A program made the position numbers and the translations under genes. A stretch of DNA of 64,000 nt, taken from positions 5,536,001-5,600,000 of the forward strand of contig CAWAIF010000003.1 of the NCBI GenBank assembly GCA_963782055.1. Direction: 5' to 3'. The notes under the pieces are model-generated. The model saw nothing but the letters and a program-made list of their open reading frames with translations. It was not told where the DNA came from and did no database searches. Source of the DNA: an uncultured delta proteobacterium (GTDB lineage Bacteria > Myxococcota_A > Polyangia > Polyangiales > Polyangiaceae). Shown in pieces: positions 62,377 through 64,000 of this stretch. Position 1 is the stretch's first letter, and the number at the start of each line of letters is the position of its first letter.

Positions 62377-64000
62377 TCAGCCCGGCGCGCCCGTCTTCCG
62401 GAGCTGCTCCTTGAGGACCTTCCCGGTGGGATTGCGCGGCAGCGCGGGGAGCACGACGTACTCCCGCGGGACCTTCGGCCCGGCGAGGCGCTCGCGGAGA
62501 AACTGCTTGATCTGCTCGGCGTCCAGCGTGGCACCGGGGCGCGGGACCACGAAGGCCTTCACCCTCTCGCCCCACTCCGGGTCGGGCACGCCGATCACCG
62601 CGCCCTCGAAGACGTCGGGGTGCTCCTCCAGCGCCGACTCCACCTCCGCCGGGTACACGTTCACGCCGCCGGTGATGATCATGTCGCGCTTGCGGCCCTC
62701 GATGAAGTAGCGGCCGTCGATATCGCGCCGGGCGAGGTCGCCCACGCTGAAGAAGCCGGAGAGCATGCTGCGCTTCGTCGCGGCGTCGTCGTTGTGGTAG
62801 CCGGCGACGAGCTGCGAGTTCTTGACGTAGAGCTCGCCCACGGCGCCGTCCTTCACCGGCTGCTTCTGGTCGTCCACCAGCATGATCTCGTTGCCGGGCA
62901 GCGGCTTGCCGATGGTGCCTGGCGCGGCGCGCATGTCGGCGGGCTTGGCGAGGGTGACGAGGCCTGTCTCGGTGGAGCCGTAGAAGTTGAAGACGATGTC
63001 CCCGAAGAGGTCCATCGCCTCGCTGGCGAGCTGGCCGGTGAGCGCCGACCCCGCGCAGAAGATGGCGCGGAGCGAGCGCGTGCGCCGGCGCGCGACGGCC
63101 TCGGGCCCGAGCGCCGCCAGGCGGTGCAGCATCGTGGGGACCATCGCTGTCGTGGTGATCGCGTGGCGCTCCACCAGATCCAGGAACACCTCCGGCTTGA
63201 ACTCGTCGGCGATGACCGCCGTCGCGCCGATGGAGTGGGCGAAGGTCATGAAGGCCCACGCCGTCATGTGGTAGAGCGGACACACGACGAGGTGCACGTC
63301 GTCGACGCGCATCGGCGTCTCCGCCACCATCTCCGCCACGGTGACGAGCATCTCCCGCGGGAAGCGTCGGACGGCGCCCTTCGGCTTGCCGGTCGTGCCG
63401 GAGGTGTAGGTCACCACCGCGGCCGCCTCGTCGTCACCGGCGACGGTGCCGCTCTTGCCGCCGGCGAGCACGTCCTCGAAGCGCAGGCACCCGGGCACGT
63501 CGCCGCCGATGCTCACCAGCCGGTCCTTGCCGACGGGCAGGTTCGGCAGCGCCTGCTCGATCTGCGGCCACAGGTCGTGCTCGAAGACGACGAAGCGCGC
63601 GCCGCAGTTGGTCGCGAGGAACTCCAGCTCCTTCGCGGTCGACCGCCAGGACACCGCGACGGCCGCGGCGCCCACGCGCGCGGTGCCGGTGCTCGCCACC
63701 ACGAACTCCGGCCGGTTGCGCGTCATGAGCAGCACGCTCTGCCCGCGCCGAAGGCCGCGCGCGACCAGCCCGCTGCCGAAGCGACCAATCTGCTCGTCGA
63801 GCTGGGCGTAGGTGCGCGTCTCGTCGCGCCACACCAGCGCGGTGCGGTCGGGGTGGGCGCCGGCGTGGATGGAGTAGAGGGTGGACGGGTTCTGGTGGGG
63901 TCGCCCGAGCGCGCGCAGCACCGCGGCGAGGCCGCCCGGGCCGACGTCCCACATCATCCCGGAGGAGCGGGCGAGCCTGGCGATGGCGCGGACGCGGTGC
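62377..64000 (-). CDS. AMP-binding acyl-CoA synthetase (5' end beyond the window)
   Basis: YTSGTTGKPKG, FYGSTE, GDL, GRKRDMIITGG.NVYP and LPRNPTGK; frame open to the window edge. Confidence 0.93.
   Translation of the reverse strand, partial: HRVRAIARLARSSGMMWDVGPGGLAAVLRALGRPHQNPSTLYSIHAGAHPDRTALVWRDETRTYAQLDEQIGRFGSGLVARGLRRGQSVLLMTRNRPEFVVASTGTARVGAAAVAVSWRSTAKELEFLATNCGARFVVFEHDLWPQIEQALPNLPVGKDRLVSIGGDVPGCLRFEDVLAGGKSGTVAGDDEAAAVVTYTSGTTGKPKGAVRRFPREMLVTVAEMVAETPMRVDDVHLVVCPLYHMTAWAFMTFAHSIGATAVIADEFKPEVFLDLVERHAITTTAMVPTMLHRLAALGPEAVARRRTRSLRAIFCAGSALTGQLASEAMDLFGDIVFNFYGSTETGLVTLAKPADMRAAPGTIGKPLPGNEIMLVDDQKQPVKDGAVGELYVKNSQLVAGYHNDDAATKRSMLSGFFSVGDLARRDIDGRYFIEGRKRDMIITGGVNVYPAEVESALEEHPDVFEGAVIGVPDPEWGERVKAFVVPRPGATLDAEQIKQFLRERLAGPKVPREYVVLPALPRNPTGKVLKEQLRKTGAPG

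Noticed and set aside
62342..63283. N-terminal extension of the kinase ORF 60983..63283
   Set aside because: Off-frame overlap with the acyl-CoA synthetase; the kinase domain begins at about 62341.

Overview
Very GC-rich chromosomal window that reads like a myxobacterium (Polyangiaceae/Labilithrix-like; inferred from Ser/Thr kinases, PEGA/TPR proteins, Cys-rich lipoproteins and an AgmX/PglI-like protein). It holds about 55 genes. Main blocks: (1) lipoproteins, LOG, pxpA/pxpBC and a cyclophilin; (2) beta-oxidation genes (FadN-like multifunctional enzyme, thiolase); (3) a pseudokinase-TPR/PEGA-DUF481 module; (4) a ~15 kb minus-strand respiratory operon: alternative complex III actABCDEF, an orphan gene, SCO, caa3-type oxidase coxB/A/C/D and a cytochrome c, with heme O synthase upstream; (5) a signalling cluster with a USP, two kinase-AAA-TPR proteins, a His kinase and a receiver; (6) a soluble DACNV-type diadenylate cyclase followed by a 138-bp palindromic tandem repeat; (7) an operon of four tandem double-YbjQ (UPF0145) paralogues behind a promoter with a dyad; (8) a Cys-rich lipoprotein gene bracketed by ~165-bp inverted repeats. 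No rRNA, tRNA, CRISPR array, transposase or integrase was recognised. All calls come from motif reading by eye; no database searches were run.
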